A stretch of DNA of 64,000 bases from Ranitomeya imitator (lineage: Eukaryota), in the NCBI RefSeq assembly GCF_032444005.1, contig NC_091283.1, positions 29,326,001-29,390,000 on the forward strand, in the 5' to 3' direction. Below, in pieces: positions 10,627 to 23,156 of the stretch. Position 1 is the stretch's first letter; each line of letters starts with the position of its first letter. Under the pieces are notes generated by a model. The model saw nothing but the letters and a program-made list of their open reading frames with translations, was not told the DNA's origin and searched no databases. Position numbers and translations under genes: made by a program.

Positions 10627-13158
10627 TCAGGACGATCCAGGACCAGGCTTGTCAGGATATTTCTGATGGAACAGAGCAATTTTTTGGGGAGCACAGATAT
10701 TGTCCACTGGCTCCCAAGAGTTCTCCTCAGACGGATATCCTTGCCATTTGATGAGATACTGCAGTCGATTCCTGCGGATCCTAGAGTCCAGAATCTTCTC
10801 CACAATAAACTGTTCTTGTCCGTCCACTAACACAGGCTGCGGAGGAGGTGTAATACGACCCTGAAAAGTATTTGGAGACACTGGTTTTAACAGGGAGACA
10901 TGAAACACAGGATGTACCTTCAAGGTCCTTGGCAACTTCAGGCGACAGGCGACGGAGCTTATGATCCAAGAGATCTTGAAAGGACCGATGAATTTTTGTC
11001 CCAGCTTCTGTGAAGGCACATTCAGTTTTAAATTTTTAGTGGATAACCACACAGAGTCTCCTACCTTAAACATAGGTGCAGGTCTCCGGAACCTATCAGC
11101 AGATTTCTTGTATCTTTCCTGTGCAGTAGATAGTGATTCTTTCAGAGTTTCCAGATCTTGTCTCATCCTTGCCAACCTCTCATCTACTGCGGGCACTGGA
11201 GCCTCAACTGGGGATCTGGGGAGAATACTAGGATGAAATCCCAGATTGGCAAAGAAGGGTGTTAACTTAGTGGATGCATTCTGCGAGTTGTTATAAGAGA
11301 ATTCTGCTAGAGGAAGCAACTCCAGCCAGTCATCCTGCGAGTGGTTGATATAACACCGAAGATACTGCTCCAGCGTCTGATTAGTCCGCTCCGTTTGCCC
11401 ATTTGTCTGAGGATGATATGCTGAGGACAGACAGACATTGATACCAAGTGCAGAACAAAATCCCTTCCAGAATCTGGAGGTAAACTGCACTCCCCGATCA
11501 GAAATAATCTCATCCGGAACTCCATGCAGACGGAAAACATTCTGAATGACCAGCTCAATCGTCTCCTTAGCCGAGGGAAGACCAGTGCAAGGGATGAAGT
11601 GAGCAGCTTTAGTAAGACGATCCACCACAACAAGAATGGTGTTCTTACCACCAGAGGTAGGTAATTCCACTATAAAATCCATCGAAATAGACCCCCAAGG
11701 GCGAGAGGGGACTGGTAGTGGTTGCAGCAAACCCGTAGGCGTTACACGAGGAGTCTTGAAACGTGCACATACCTCACAAGATAGAACATAGCTCTTCACG
11801 TCCTTCAGACAGGTAGGCCACCAGAAGAAACGTCTTAGGAACTCTTGTGTCTTCTGTACCCCCCGATGACCAGCCAACTTAGAATCATGGACAAACTTGA
11901 GAACCTGCAGCCTTACAACCTCCGGAACGTATAAACGTTGATCTCGAACCCACATACCGTTCCTAAGAACTAAATTCACATCATCAGTAGGGTTGGCAAG
12001 GAATGGATCAGCGTCATAGGCCTCCTTAATAGTCTTCCATAAGTCCTTATCTTGAATGACACCAACAAAATTGGCATCAGACAAAATTGTCTTAGACGGG
12101 GTCCCAGGTACGGAATCTGTGGCATGGATTCGGGACAAAGCATCCGCTTTCCCATTACGTGAACCTGGGCGGTATGAAATGACAAAATTAAATTGGTTCA
12201 AAAACAAACTCCAACGAGCCTGACGAGGAGAAAGACATCTAGCAGACCTTAAAAATTCTAGGTTGCGATGATCTGTGAGCACAATAACTTGTTGTGCTGC
12301 CCCCTGCAGATGGTGTCTCCATTCTTTAAATGCAGCAATGATGGCTAGGAGCTCCTTATCTCCCACATCATAGTTCTTCTCTGCAGCAGAAAGTTTACGG
12401 GAGAAAAAGGCACATGGATGTAACAGACCTTTCTCCCCTGTTCTTTGTGAGAGTATGGCCCCCAATGCACAATCTGAAGCGTCCACCTCCACTATGAAAG
12501 GATGTGCTGGGTTAGGATGAATCAACAGCGGTGCAGATGTAAAACGAGACTTAAGACAGTCAAAGGCCTCCTGAGCCAGTGTAGACCACAAGAAAGTCTC
12601 TTTTTTCTTGGTTAGTTGGGTAATAGGTCGGACAATCTCAGAGAAGTTACGGATAAAGCGTCTATAAAAATTAGCAAACCCGATAAAGCGTTGTACCTCT
12701 TTGACATTCTTAGGTGCAGGCCAATCAAGAATAGCCTGAATCTTACTTGCCTCCATGTTAAGCCCCTGAGGCGAGATGACGTAGCCTAAAAATTTGATCT
12801 CAGTGCGGTGGAACTCACACTTCTCTGGCTTGATGTAGAGATGATTCTCTTTCAGGCGTCTTAAAACAGTCTTAACATGTTCTTGATGCTCCTGCAAAGA
12901 ATCAGAGAAAATCAAAATATCGTCCAGATAGATTACGACAAATTGATCTAGCAAATCTCTAAAGATGTCAGTAGCCAAGTGTTGAAAGGTGGCCGGAGCG
13001 TTGCAGAGACCAAAAGGCATCACAAGGTATTCAAAGTGACCATAACGACATCTAAATGCTGTCTTCCATTCATCCCCAGAACGGATCCGAACTAAGTTAT
13101 ATGCTCCTCGGAGGTCCAGCTTAGAAAAAATCTTGGCGTGTCGTACTCTTTCCAGCAA
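10627..13158 (-). CDS. pol: Element B pol: RT (YLDD), RNaseH, integrase (HHCC, DDE), C-terminal chromodomain
   Basis: 843-aa ORF; KILDSRIRRNRLQYLIKWQGY chromodomain. The frame continues upstream to the 1-bp shift at about 13301. Confidence 0.92.
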   Translation of the reverse strand: MLERVRHAKIFSKLDLRGAYNLVRIRSGDEWKTAFRCRYGHFEYLVMPFGLCNAPATFQHLATDIFRDLLDQFVVIYLDDILIFSDSLQEHQEHVKTVLRRLKENHLYIKPEKCEFHRTEIKFLGYVISPQGLNMEASKIQAILDWPAPKNVKEVQRFIGFANFYRRFIRNFSEIVRPITQLTKKKETFLWSTLAQEAFDCLKSRFTSAPLLIHPNPAHPFIVEVDASDCALGAILSQRTGEKGLLHPCAFFSRKLSAAEKNYDVGDKELLAIIAAFKEWRHHLQGAAQQVIVLTDHRNLEFLRSARCLSPRQARWSLFLNQFNFVISYRPGSRNGKADALSRIHATDSVPGTPSKTILSDANFVGVIQDKDLWKTIKEAYDADPFLANPTDDVNLVLRNGMWVRDQRLYVPEVVRLQVLKFVHDSKLAGHRGVQKTQEFLRRFFWWPTCLKDVKSYVLSCEVCARFKTPRVTPTGLLQPLPVPSRPWGSISMDFIVELPTSGGKNTILVVVDRLTKAAHFIPCTGLPSAKETIELVIQNVFRLHGVPDEIISDRGVQFTSRFWKGFCSALGINVCLSSAYHPQTNGQTERTNQTLEQYLRCYINHSQDDWLELLPLAEFSYNNSQNASTKLTPFFANLGFHPSILPRSPVEAPVPAVDERLARMRQDLETLKESLSTAQERYKKSADRFRRPAPMFKVGDSVWLSTKNLKLNVPSQKLGQKFIGPFKISWIISSVACRLKLPRTLKVHPVFHVSLLKPVSPNTFQGRITPPPQPVLVDGQEQFIVEKILDSRIRRNRLQYLIKWQGYPSEENSWEPVDNICAPQKIALFHQKYPDKPGPGSS

Positions 13159-13219
13159 CTCGGGAATTAATGGTAAAGGGCAGCGGTTGCGAATGGTTAC
13201 CTTGTTGAGCTCCCGATAG

Positions 13220-14971
13220 TCAATGCACGGTCTCAGGGTTCCATCCTTTTTCTTTACGAAAAAGATGGGTGCTCCTGCCGGTGATGAAGAGGGGCGGATG
13301 AAAACCCTTAGCTAGATTTTCATCAATGTATTCTTTCAAAGCCTGCAGCTCCGGAGCTGCTAGTGGGTAAACATTTTTAAACGGAATAGCCGCCCCTGGA
13401 AGAAGCTCAATTGGACAGTCATAGGATCTATGAGGAGGAAGCTGATCTGCCAACCTTTTATCACAGATATCAGAAAACTCGTTGTAGATGGGTGGTAAAA
13501 TAGGTACTCCAGTGATGCATTCTGCATCCCGAGAATTTACCTGACCTGCTACTGGTGTATCCTTTGGTGGGAAGGTGATCTCCTTGGTTTCCCAGTTGAT
13601 GATTGGGTTCTGTGCCTGAAGCCAGGGAATTCCTAAAATCAAAGGAAAATGTGGCGAAGAAATTAGCAAAAAAGAAAGCACCTCCCGATGATTAGGCTCT
13701 ATGTAAATCTCCAGGGGTACCGTCTCCTGATCCACCGGTCCAGAGGCTAAGGGGGAACCATCTACTGTTTCCATGGTTACTGGAGTGGCTCGCTGTTGAC
13801 ACTGTATGCTATGCTCCTTGGCAAATGTGATGTCCATAAAGTTACCCCCTGCTCCAGAATCCACCATAGCTGCACATGAGATCCATTGGCCCGACAACAA
13901 GATCTTAATGGGAAGGGAACAATGTGTATCCTTATCCTTACGTGTCTTGGAAGCTGCAGTCACTGCTAGGGAAGGAAACACAGCATTCACAGAAAAGCTG
14001 GACTCAGAAAGGACAGATTCATCATCACAATTCTCTTGTTCCCCAACAGCAGCTAGTATCTTGCGAGGCCGCTTAGGGCAGTTTATAAGGAAATGGTCAG
14101 ACTGACCGCAATAAAAGCATAAACTCTCACGGAAGCGATGCTCCCTGCGCTCGTTACTCTCACGGCGCTGTAAAGCATCCACTTGCATAGGGACTGGTTC
14201 TGCTTCCCAAGAGGCTTTGCCTGCAAGTTCTTTGGAGGGAAGGGGAGAGTTAGAAACACGGTTAAAGGCGGCAACTTTCTCCTGTCTACGTTCAGTGACA
14301 CGTATGTCAATGCGCACACAATGTTGTATGAACGCCTCTAACTCTTGAGGAGAATCTGCATGGGCTAATTCGTCCTTAATCACACTAGAAAGCCCCTTCT
14401 TAAAAATAGGTAACTGAGCATAACAGTCCCAAACCGTATCCACTGCCAACCGCCTAAATTCAGTGGCGTATTCAACAACGGAACGCTTACCCTGACGTAA
14501 AGACAGCAATGCAGTTTCAGCTGTAGTGCGACGATTTGGATCGTCAAACATCATAGACATTGCTGCAAGAAAATCGTCCAGATTATTTAAGCGAGGGTCA
14601 CGAGTCTCAATTAGTGGATTCGCCCATGCGAGAGCTCGGGAAGTAAGTAACATAATTATACACAAAACCTTGGATCGATCTGTGTGAAAGTGGGCAGCAT
14701 GAACATCAAAATACAAAATGCATTGATTTATAAACCCACGAAATTTGTAGCGTTCACCATTAAATCTAAATGGCGGTAACTTGGGAGGACTAGTTGGCAG
14801 TGACTGCCCCTGAGGCGGAGGCGCCCGTGCTGTTACTTGATTACCCAAATCCTGTAGCGCCTGCCCGAAATGGGCCTCCAAACTAGCCACCTTGTTTTGC
14901 AGAGTTTCAACATCACCTTGTAAGGAGTTGATCATAGAAAACAACTGATCCAACTTTGTCTCAGCCGACAT
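13220..14971 (-). CDS. gag: Element B gag (capsid, CCHC knuckle), aspartic protease and start of RT
   Basis: 583-aa ORF; CFYCGQSDHFLINC; MVDSGAGGNF; leaves frame at KGF (A-run 13301-13304). Confidence 0.92.
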   Translation of the reverse strand: MSAETKLDQLFSMINSLQGDVETLQNKVASLEAHFGQALQDLGNQVTARAPPPQGQSLPTSPPKLPPFRFNGERYKFRGFINQCILYFDVHAAHFHTDRSKVLCIIMLLTSRALAWANPLIETRDPRLNNLDDFLAAMSMMFDDPNRRTTAETALLSLRQGKRSVVEYATEFRRLAVDTVWDCYAQLPIFKKGLSSVIKDELAHADSPQELEAFIQHCVRIDIRVTERRQEKVAAFNRVSNSPLPSKELAGKASWEAEPVPMQVDALQRRESNERREHRFRESLCFYCGQSDHFLINCPKRPRKILAAVGEQENCDDESVLSESSFSVNAVFPSLAVTAASKTRKDKDTHCSLPIKILLSGQWISCAAMVDSGAGGNFMDITFAKEHSIQCQQRATPVTMETVDGSPLASGPVDQETVPLEIYIEPNHREVLSFLLISSPHFPLILGIPWLQAQNPIINWETKEITFPPKDTPVAGQVNSRDAECITGVPILPPIYNEFSDICDKRLADQLPPHRSYDCPIELLPGAAIPFKNVYPLAAPELQALKEYIDENLAKGFHPPLFITGRSTHLFRKEKGWNPETVH

Positions 14972-15917
14972 TATCCCAGCAGATTCCTAAATGGCTTCAG
15001 TATCCTGTAACAATATATAGGTACTAAGGAATCTGATAGCGTGGGATAAAACCAGTCTGAGAGCAAAGCTGCAGTAAAAGATGTATTTAAACAAAACAGA
15101 AAAGCTAACACAGATATTCCTGCAATTGAAACGAGGTGCTCAGCACAATATGGTAAACAGAAAAGCAAACAGAACTAACACAGATATTCCTGCAATTGTA
15201 ACGACGTGCTCAGCACAATATGGTAATCACCGCACAGTGAATAGCGGGACGCGACCGTTTATATGAACCAGTCCAGCAAGGATGTGACGAGGGAGCAAAC
15301 AAGACACTTGACAAGGAAGTCCAGTAGATTATTAGTGGAAATGCACTCAGAACTTAAACTTGAGGATCCAGCAGAAGTGAAGTAGAAATGCACACAGTAC
15401 TTAATGAGGAAGTCCAGCAAAACTTGATCCCACGTGCGCACAGCACTAGTTTGTGGAAGTTCAATAATAAGCAGGTGGTGCATTGAGCATGAAGTCCTGG
15501 TGAAAGAGGATTAAGGGAAAAAGAGGGAGAACGCTATCTAAGCGTAGTAGGTGAGTACAACACTCTTGGTGAGATAAGCAACACTGGAAACTTGCTCACC
15601 TGGTGTGGTTGTGCAAAGAGGCACAACACTGGGAAAGTCTTAGCAAACAAGGGAAATCCTTCCAAAGGTGTGCGGCCAGTCAACAGCAGTAACAGAAGTG
15701 AGACACAGCTCAAAGAGACGAGGCAGCTGAAGCAGGGAGTTCCCCAAACCACAGGCAGAAGCTCAGGAGCCACCAGCACAAAATACTGAAGCACAGAACA
15801 CCACATGGCTCAGACTTAAATAATCAAGACTGACAGGAAGTTCCATGACAGGGTGAGATCCAAGACTCCTTCTTGGATCAGGGCGAACAGGAACAAGGGA
15901 AGTCCGGAATCCTTACA

Positions 15918-17822
15918 TGTTATTTCTGAGTGCCCTAAGCGTACTAAGAGGGTCGCTAGGTCTGTTGCCATCAGTACTGTACAGCCTAAATTTCTCTTAT
16001 CTGTGACCCTGATTTGCTCATTATCATCCTTTTCTGTCATGGCATTTGTGGATTCAGGCGCTGCCCTGAACTTAATGGACTTAGAATTTGCCAGGCGCTG
16101 TGGTTTTTCCTTGCAGCCTTTGCAGAGCCCTATTCCTTTGAGGGGCATTGATGCTACACCGTTGGCCAAGGATAAACCTCAGTACTGGACGCAGATGACC
16201 ATGTACATGGCTACAGCATATCAGGAAGATTTCCGTTTTCTGGTGTTGCATAACCTGCATGATGTTGTTGTACTGGGTTTTCCATGGTTACAGGAACATA
16301 ATCCGGTGCTGGATTGGAAAACTATGTCTGTGACTAGTTGGGGTTGTCAAGGGGTACATAGTGACGTTCCTTTGATGTCAATTTCCTCTTCCCCCTCTTC
16401 TGAGGTCCCTGAGTTTTTGTCGGATTTTCAGGATGTATTTGATGAGCCCAAGTCCAGTTCCCTTCCACCGCACAGGGACTGTGATTGTGCTATTGACTTG
16501 ATTCCTGGCTGCAAGTTCCCTAAGGGCCGACTTTTCAATCTGTCTGTGCCAGAGCATGCCGCCATGCGGAGTTATGTTAAGGAGTCTTTGGAGAAGGGGC
16601 ATATTCGGCCGTCTTCGTCACCATTGGGAGCGGGTTTCTTTTTTGTTGCTAAGAAGGATGGCTCCTTGAGACCCTGTATAGATTATCGTCTTCTTAATAA
16701 GATCACGGTCAAATTCCAATACCCCTTGCCTTTGCTTTCTGATTTGTTTGCTCGGATTAAGGGGGCTAGTTGGTTTACTAAGATTGACCTTCGAGGGGCA
16801 TATAATCTTGTTCGTATTAAACAGGGTGACGAATGGAAAACTGCATTTAATACGCCCAAAGGCCATTTTGAATACCTTGTGATGCCATTCGGGCTCTCTA
16901 ATGCTCCATCTGTGTTCCAATCCTTCATGCATGATATTTTCCGCAATTATCTTGATAAATTCATGGTTGTATATTTGGATGATATTTTGATTTTTTCCGA
17001 TGATTGGGAGTCTCATGTGAAGCAGGTCAGGATGGAATTCCAGATCCTTCGTGATAATACTTTATTTGTGAAGGGGTCTAAGTGCCTATTCGGAGTTCAG
17101 AAGGTCTCTTTTTTGGGTTTTATTTTTCCCCCTCGTCTATGGAAATGGATCCTGTTAAGGTCCAAGCCATTCATGACTGGATTCAACCCACATCTGTGAA
17201 GAGCCTTCAGAAATTTTTGGGCTTTGCTAATTTCTATCGCCGTTTCATTGCCAACTTTTCCAGTGTGGTTAAGCCCCTTACTGATTTGACGAAGAAAGGC
17301 GCTGATGTGACGAATTGGTCCTCTGCGGCTGTTGAGGCCTTTCAGGAGCTTAAACGCCGATTTACTTCTGCCCCTGTGTTGCGTCAGCAGGATGTTTCTC
17401 TTACTTTTCAGGTTGAGGTTGACGCTTCTGAGATTGGGGCAGGGGCCGTTTTGTCTCAGAGGAATTCTGATGGTTCTTTGATGAAACCGTGTGCTTTTTT
17501 TTCCAGAAAGTTTTCACCTGCGGAGCGCAATTATGACGTCGGCAATCGTGAGTTGTTGGCTATGAAGTGGGCATTTGAGGAGTGGCGACATTGGCTTGAG
17601 GGAGCCAAGCACCGTGTTGTGGTCTTGACTGATCATAAGAATCTGGTTTACCTCAAGTCGGCCAAGCGGCTCAACCCTAGACAGGCTCGATGGTCCCTGT
17701 TTTTCTCCCGTTTTGATTTTGTGGTCTCGTATCTTCTGGGATCTAAGAATGTTAAGGCTGATGCCCTCTCTAGGAGTTTTTTGCCTGATTCTCCTGGAGT
17801 CCTTGAGCCGGTTGGCATTCTT
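15918..17822 (+). pseudogene. pol: Element A protease-RT-RNaseH (frameshift near 17125)
   Basis: [36 protein letters not shown] motifs across two ORFs. Confidence 0.9.
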
Positions 17823-20800
17823 TTTTTTTAACCAAGAAATTTTTAGAGGGAAAGAAAAAATCCAGTACAAAATACATGAAGACCACAACATAATTAGTAT
17901 AAAATACACAGTTACAGTGTCAAGTACAGCAAAAAGGAAATTAACCCCTTCATGACCCAGCCTATTTTGACCTTAAAGACCTTGCCGTTTTTTGCAATTC
18001 TGACCAGTGTCCCTTTATGAGGTAATAACTCAGGAACGCTTCAACGGATCCTAGCGGTTCTGAGATTGTTTTTTCGTGACATATTGGGCTTCATGTTAGT
18101 GGTAAATTTAGGTCAATAAATTCTGCGTTTATTTGTGATAAAAACGGAAATTTGGCGAAAATTTTGAAAATTTCGCAATTTTCACATTTTGAATTTTTAT
18201 TCTGTTAAACCAGAGAGATATGTGACACAAAATAGTTAATAAATAACATTTCCCACATGTTTACTTTACATCAGCATAATTTTGGAAACAAAATTTTTTT
18301 TTGTTAGGAAGTTATAAGGGTTAAAATTTGACCAGCGATTTGTCATTTTTACAACGAAATTTACAAAACCACTTTTTTTAGGGACCACCTCACATTTGAA
18401 GTCAGTTTGAGGGGTCTATATGGCTGAAAATACCCAAAAGTGACACCATTCTAAAAACTGCACGCCTCAAGGTACTCAAAACCACATTCAAGAAGTTTAT
18501 TAACCCTTCAGGTGCTTCACAGGAGCAGAAGCAACATGGAAAGAAAAAATGAACATTTAACTTTTTAGTCACAAAAATTATCTTTTAGCAACAATTTTTT
18601 TATTTTCCCAATGGTAAAAGGAGAAACTGAACCACGAAAGTTGTTGTCCAATTTGTCCCGAGTACGCTGATACCTCATATGTGGGGGTAAACAACTGTTT
18701 GGGCGCACGGCAGGGCTTGGAAGGGAAGGAGCGCCATTTGACTTTTTGAATCAAAAATTGGCTCCACTCTTTAGCGGACACCATGTCACGTTTGGAGAGC
18801 CCCCGTGTGCCTAAAAATTGGAGCTCCCCCACAAGTGATGCCATTTTGGAAACTAGACCTCCCAAGGAACTTATCTAGTTGCATAGTGAGCACTTTGAAC
18901 CCCCAGGTGCTTCACAAATTGATCCGTAAAAATGAAAAAGTACTTTTTTTTCACAAAAAAATTCTTTTAGCCTCAATTTTTTCATTTTCACATGGGCAAC
19001 AGGATAAAATGGACCCTAAAATGTGTTGGGCAATTTCTCCTGAGTACATCAATACCTCACATGTGGGGGTAAACCACTGTTTGGGCACATGGTAAGGCTC
19101 GGAAGGGAAGGAGCGCCATTTGACTTTTTGAATGAAAAATTATTTCCATCGTTAGCGGACACCATGTCGCGTTTGGATAGCTCCTGTGTGCCTAAACATT
19201 GGCGCTCCCCCACAAGTGACCCCATTTTGGAAACTAGACCCCCCAAGGAACTTATTTAGATGCCTAGTGAGCACTTTAAACCCTCAGGTGCTTCACAAGT
19301 TGATCTGTAAAAATGAAAAAGTACTTTTTTTTCACAAAAAAATTCTTTTCGCCTCAATTTTTTCATTTTCACATGGGCAGTAGGATAATATGGATCATAA
19401 AATTTGTTGGCCAATTTCTCCCGAGTACGCCGATAACTCATATGTGGGGGTAAACCACTGTTTGGGCACTCGGCAGGGCTCGGAAGGGAAGGCGCGCCAT
19501 TTGACTTTTTGAATGGAAAATTAGCTCCAATTGTTAGCGGACACCATGTCGCGTTTGGAGAGCCCCTGTGTGCCTAAACATTGGAGCTCCCCCACAAGTG
19601 ACCCCATTTTGGAAACTAGACCCCCCAAGGAACTTATCTAGATGCATATTGAGCACTTTAAACCCCCAGGTGCTTCACAGAAGTTTATAACGCAGAGCCA
19701 TGAAAATAAAAAATTATTTTTCTTTCCTCAAAAATGACTTTTTAGCCTGGAATTTCCTATTTTGCCAAGGATAATAGGAGAAATTGGACCCCAAATATTG
19801 TTGTCCAGTTTGTCCTGAGTACGCTGATACCCCATATGTGGGGGTAAACCACTGTTTGGGCGCATGGCAGGGCTCAGAAGGGATGGCATGCCATTTGGCT
19901 TTTTAAATGGAAAATTAGCTCCAATCATTAGTGGACACCATGTTACGTTTGGAGAGCCCCTGTGTGCCTAAACATTGGAGATCCCCCAGAAATGACCCCA
20001 TTTTGGAAACTAGACCCCCAAAGGAACTAATCTAGATGTGTGGTGAGGACTTTGAACCCCCAAGTGCTTCACAGAAGTTTATAACGCAGAGCCATGAAAA
20101 TAAAAAAAAAAATTATTTTCTCAAAAATGATCTTTTAGCCTGCAATTTTTTATTTTCCCAAGGGTAACAGGAGAAATTTGACCCCAAAAGTTGTTGTCCA
20201 GTTTCTCCTGAGTGCGCTGATACCCCATATGTGGGGGTAAACCACTGTTTGGGCACATGCCGGGGCTCGGAAGTGAAGTAGTGACGTTTTGAAATGCAGA
20301 CTTTGATGGAATGCTCTGTGGGCGTCACGTTGCGTTTGCAGAGCCCCTGATGTGGCTTAACAGTAGAAACCCCCCACAAGTGACCCCATTTTGGAAACTA
20401 GACCCCCAAAGGAACTTATCTAGATGTGTGGTGAGCACTTTGAACCCCCAAGTGCTTCATAGAAGTTTATAATGCAGAGCCGTGAAAATAATAAATACGT
20501 TTTCTTTCCTCAAAAATAATTATTTAGCCCAGAATTTTTTATTTTCCCAAGGGTTACAGGAGAAATTTGACCCCAATATTTGTTGTCCAGTTTCTCCTGA
20601 GTATGGTGATACCCCATATGTGGGGGTAAACTACTGTTTGGGCACATGCCGGGGCTCGGAATTGAAGTAGTGACGTTTTGAAATGCAGACTTTGATGGAA
20701 TGCTCTGCGGGCGTCACGTTGCGTTTGCAGAGCCCCTGATGTGCCTAAACAGTAGAAACCCCCCACAAGTGACCCCATTTTAGAAACTAGACCCCCCAAG

Positions 20801-21171
20801 GAACTTATCTAGATATGTGGCGAGCACTTTGAACCCCCAAGTGCTTCACAGACGTTTACAACGCAGAGCCGTGAAAATAAAAAATCATTTTTCTTTCTTC
20901 AAAAATGATGTTTTATCAAGCATTTTTTTAGATTCACAAGGGTAACAGGAGAAATTGGACCCCAGTAATTGTTGCGCAGTTTATCCTGAGTATGCTGGTA
21001 CCCTATATGTGGGGGTAAACCACTGTTTGGGCACACGTCAGGGCTCAGAAGTGAGGGAGCACCATTTGACTTTTTGAATACGAGATTGGCTGGAATCAAT
21101 GGTGGCGCCATGTTGCGTTTGGAGACCCCTGATGTGCCTAAACAGTGGAAACCCCTCAATTCTACCTCCAA

Positions 21172-21318
21172 CACTAACCCCCCCACACCCCTAACCCTAA
21201 TCCCAACTGTAGCCATAACCCTAATCACAACCCTAACCCCCCCACACCCCTAACCCTTATCCCAACTGTAGCCGTAACCCTAACCACAACCCTAATTCCA
21301 ACCCAACCCTAACCCTAA
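21172..21318 (+). repeat. Degenerate telomere-like (CCCTAA)n tract inside the piggyBac-like element
   Basis: Repeated TAACCC/ACCCTAA motifs. Confidence 0.8.
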
Positions 21319-21664
21319 GGCTATGTGCCCACGTTGCGGATTCGTGTGAGATATTTCCGCACCATTTTTGAAAAATCCGCGGGTAAAAGGCACTGTGTTT
21401 TACCTGCGGATTTTCCGCGGATTTCCAGTGTTTTTTGTGCGGATTTCACCTGCGGATTCCTATTGAGGAACAGGTGTAAAACGCTGCGGAATCCGCACAA
21501 AGAATTGACATGCTGCGGAAAATACAACGCAGTGTTTCCGCGCGGTATTTTCCACACCATGGGCACAGCGGATTTGGTTTTTCATATGTTTACATGGTAC
21601 TGTAAACCTGATGGAACACTGCTGCGAATCCGCAGCGGCCAATCCGCACCGTGTGCCCATAGCC
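21319..21664. mobile_element. PIF/Harbinger-type MITE
   Basis: TIR GGCTATGTGCCCACG/CGTGTGCCCATAGCC, TAA on both sides. A second related MITE starts at about 21674 and runs into the gap. Confidence 0.8.
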
Positions 21665-22005
21665 TAATTCTAAAGGTATGTGCACACGCTGCGGAAAACC
21701 CTGCGGATCCGCAGCAGTTTCCCATGAGTTTACAGTTCAATGTAAACCTACGGGAAACAAAAATCGCTGTACACATGCTGCGGAAAAACTGCACGGAAAC
21801 GCAGCGGTTTACATTCCGCAGCATGTCACTTCTTTCTGCGGATTCCGCAGCGGTTTTACAACTGCTCCAATAGAAAATCACAGTTGTAAAACCGCAGTGA
21901 AATGCGCAGAAAAAAACGCGGTAAATCCGCCATAAATCCGCAGCGGTTTAGCACTGCGGATTTATCAAATCCGCAGCGGAAAAATCTGCAGAGGACCAGA
22001 ATACG

Positions 22006-22249
22006 NNNNNNNNNNNNNNNNNNNNNNNNNNNNNNNNNNNNNNNNNNNNNNNNNNNNNNNNNNNNNNNNNNNNNNNNNNNNNNNNNNNNNNNNNNNNNNN
22101 NNNNNNNNNNNNNNNNNNNNNNNNNNNNNNNNNNNNNNNNNNNNNNNNNNNNNNNNNNNNNNNNNNNNNNNNNNNNNNNNNNNNNNNNNNNNNNNNNNNN
22201 NNNNNNNNNNNNNNNNNNNNNNNNNNNNNNNNNNNNNNNNNNNNNNNNN
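22006..22249. other. Assembly gap (N run)
   Basis: Run of Ns. Confidence 1.
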
Positions 22250-23156
22250 GGGAAAAAAAAATTTCTTTATTTTTTTATTGTCCCTACCTATGGGGGTGAC
22301 AAAGGGGGGGGTCATTTATTATTTTTTTTATTTTGATCACTGAGATAGATTATATCTCAGTGATCAAAATACACTTTGGAACGAATCTGCCGGCTGGCAG
22401 ATTCGGCGGGCGCACTGCGCATGCGCCCGCCATTTTGGAAGATGGCGGCGCCAAGGAGAAGACGGACGGGACCCCGGCAGGATCGGTAAGTATGATGGGG
22501 TGGGGACGCACACGGGGGGGGGATCGGAGCGCGGCAGGCGTGGAACGGAGCACGGGGGCGTGGAACGGAGCACGGGGGGGCTGGAACGGAGCACGGGGGG
22601 GTGGAACGGAGCACAGGGGGGGGTGGATTGGAGTGCAGTGGGGGTGATTGGAGCACGGGGGGTGATTGGAGCACGGGGGGAGCGGACACGAGCACGGGGG
22701 GGAGCGGAGCACAGGGTGGAGGGGAGCCGGAGCAGTGTACCGGCCAGATCGGGGGGCTGGGGGGGCGATCGGTGGGGTGGGGTGGGGGCACATTAGTATT
22801 TCCAGCCATGGCCGATGATATTGCAGCATCGGCCATGGCTGGATTGTAATATTTCACCCGTTATAATAGGTCAAATATTACAAATCACTCTGATTGGCAG
22901 TTTCACTTTCAACAGCCAATCAGAGCGATCGTAGCCACGAGGGGGTGAAGCCACCCCCCCTGGGCTAAACTACCACTCCCCCTGTCCCTGCAGATCGGGT
23001 GAAATGGGAGTTAACCCTTTCACCCGGCCTGCAGGGACGCGATCATTCCATGACGCCACATAGGCGTCATGGGTCGGAATGGCACCGACTTTCATGACGC
23101 CTACGTGGCGTCATGGGTCGGGAAGGGGTTTTAAAGAAACATACGTTTAAAATGTT

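Larger units (their letters stand above)
9692..15917 (-). mobile_element. Young Gypsy chromovirus LTR retrotransposon B (6226 bp)
   Basis: 912-bp LTRs at 9692-10603 and 15006-15917 (only 2 substitutions noticed), 5-bp TSD TGTTA (9687-9691/15918-15922), PPT-like GAGGTGGGAG before the 3' LTR on -. Confidence 0.97.
17945..23128. mobile_element. Non-autonomous TTAA-flanked (piggyBac-like) DNA element inserted in the L1 3' UTR
   Basis: TTAA|CCCCTTCATGACCC ... GGGTCGGGAAGGGG|TTTTAA termini. Internal 380-395-bp tandem array (about 18400-21170). No transposase ORF. Confidence 0.75.

Noticed and set aside
21902-22857. ORFs containing X runs or Pro/Gly-rich sequence (also 42122-42334)
   Set aside because: They span N gaps or the GC-rich arm of the TTAA element.
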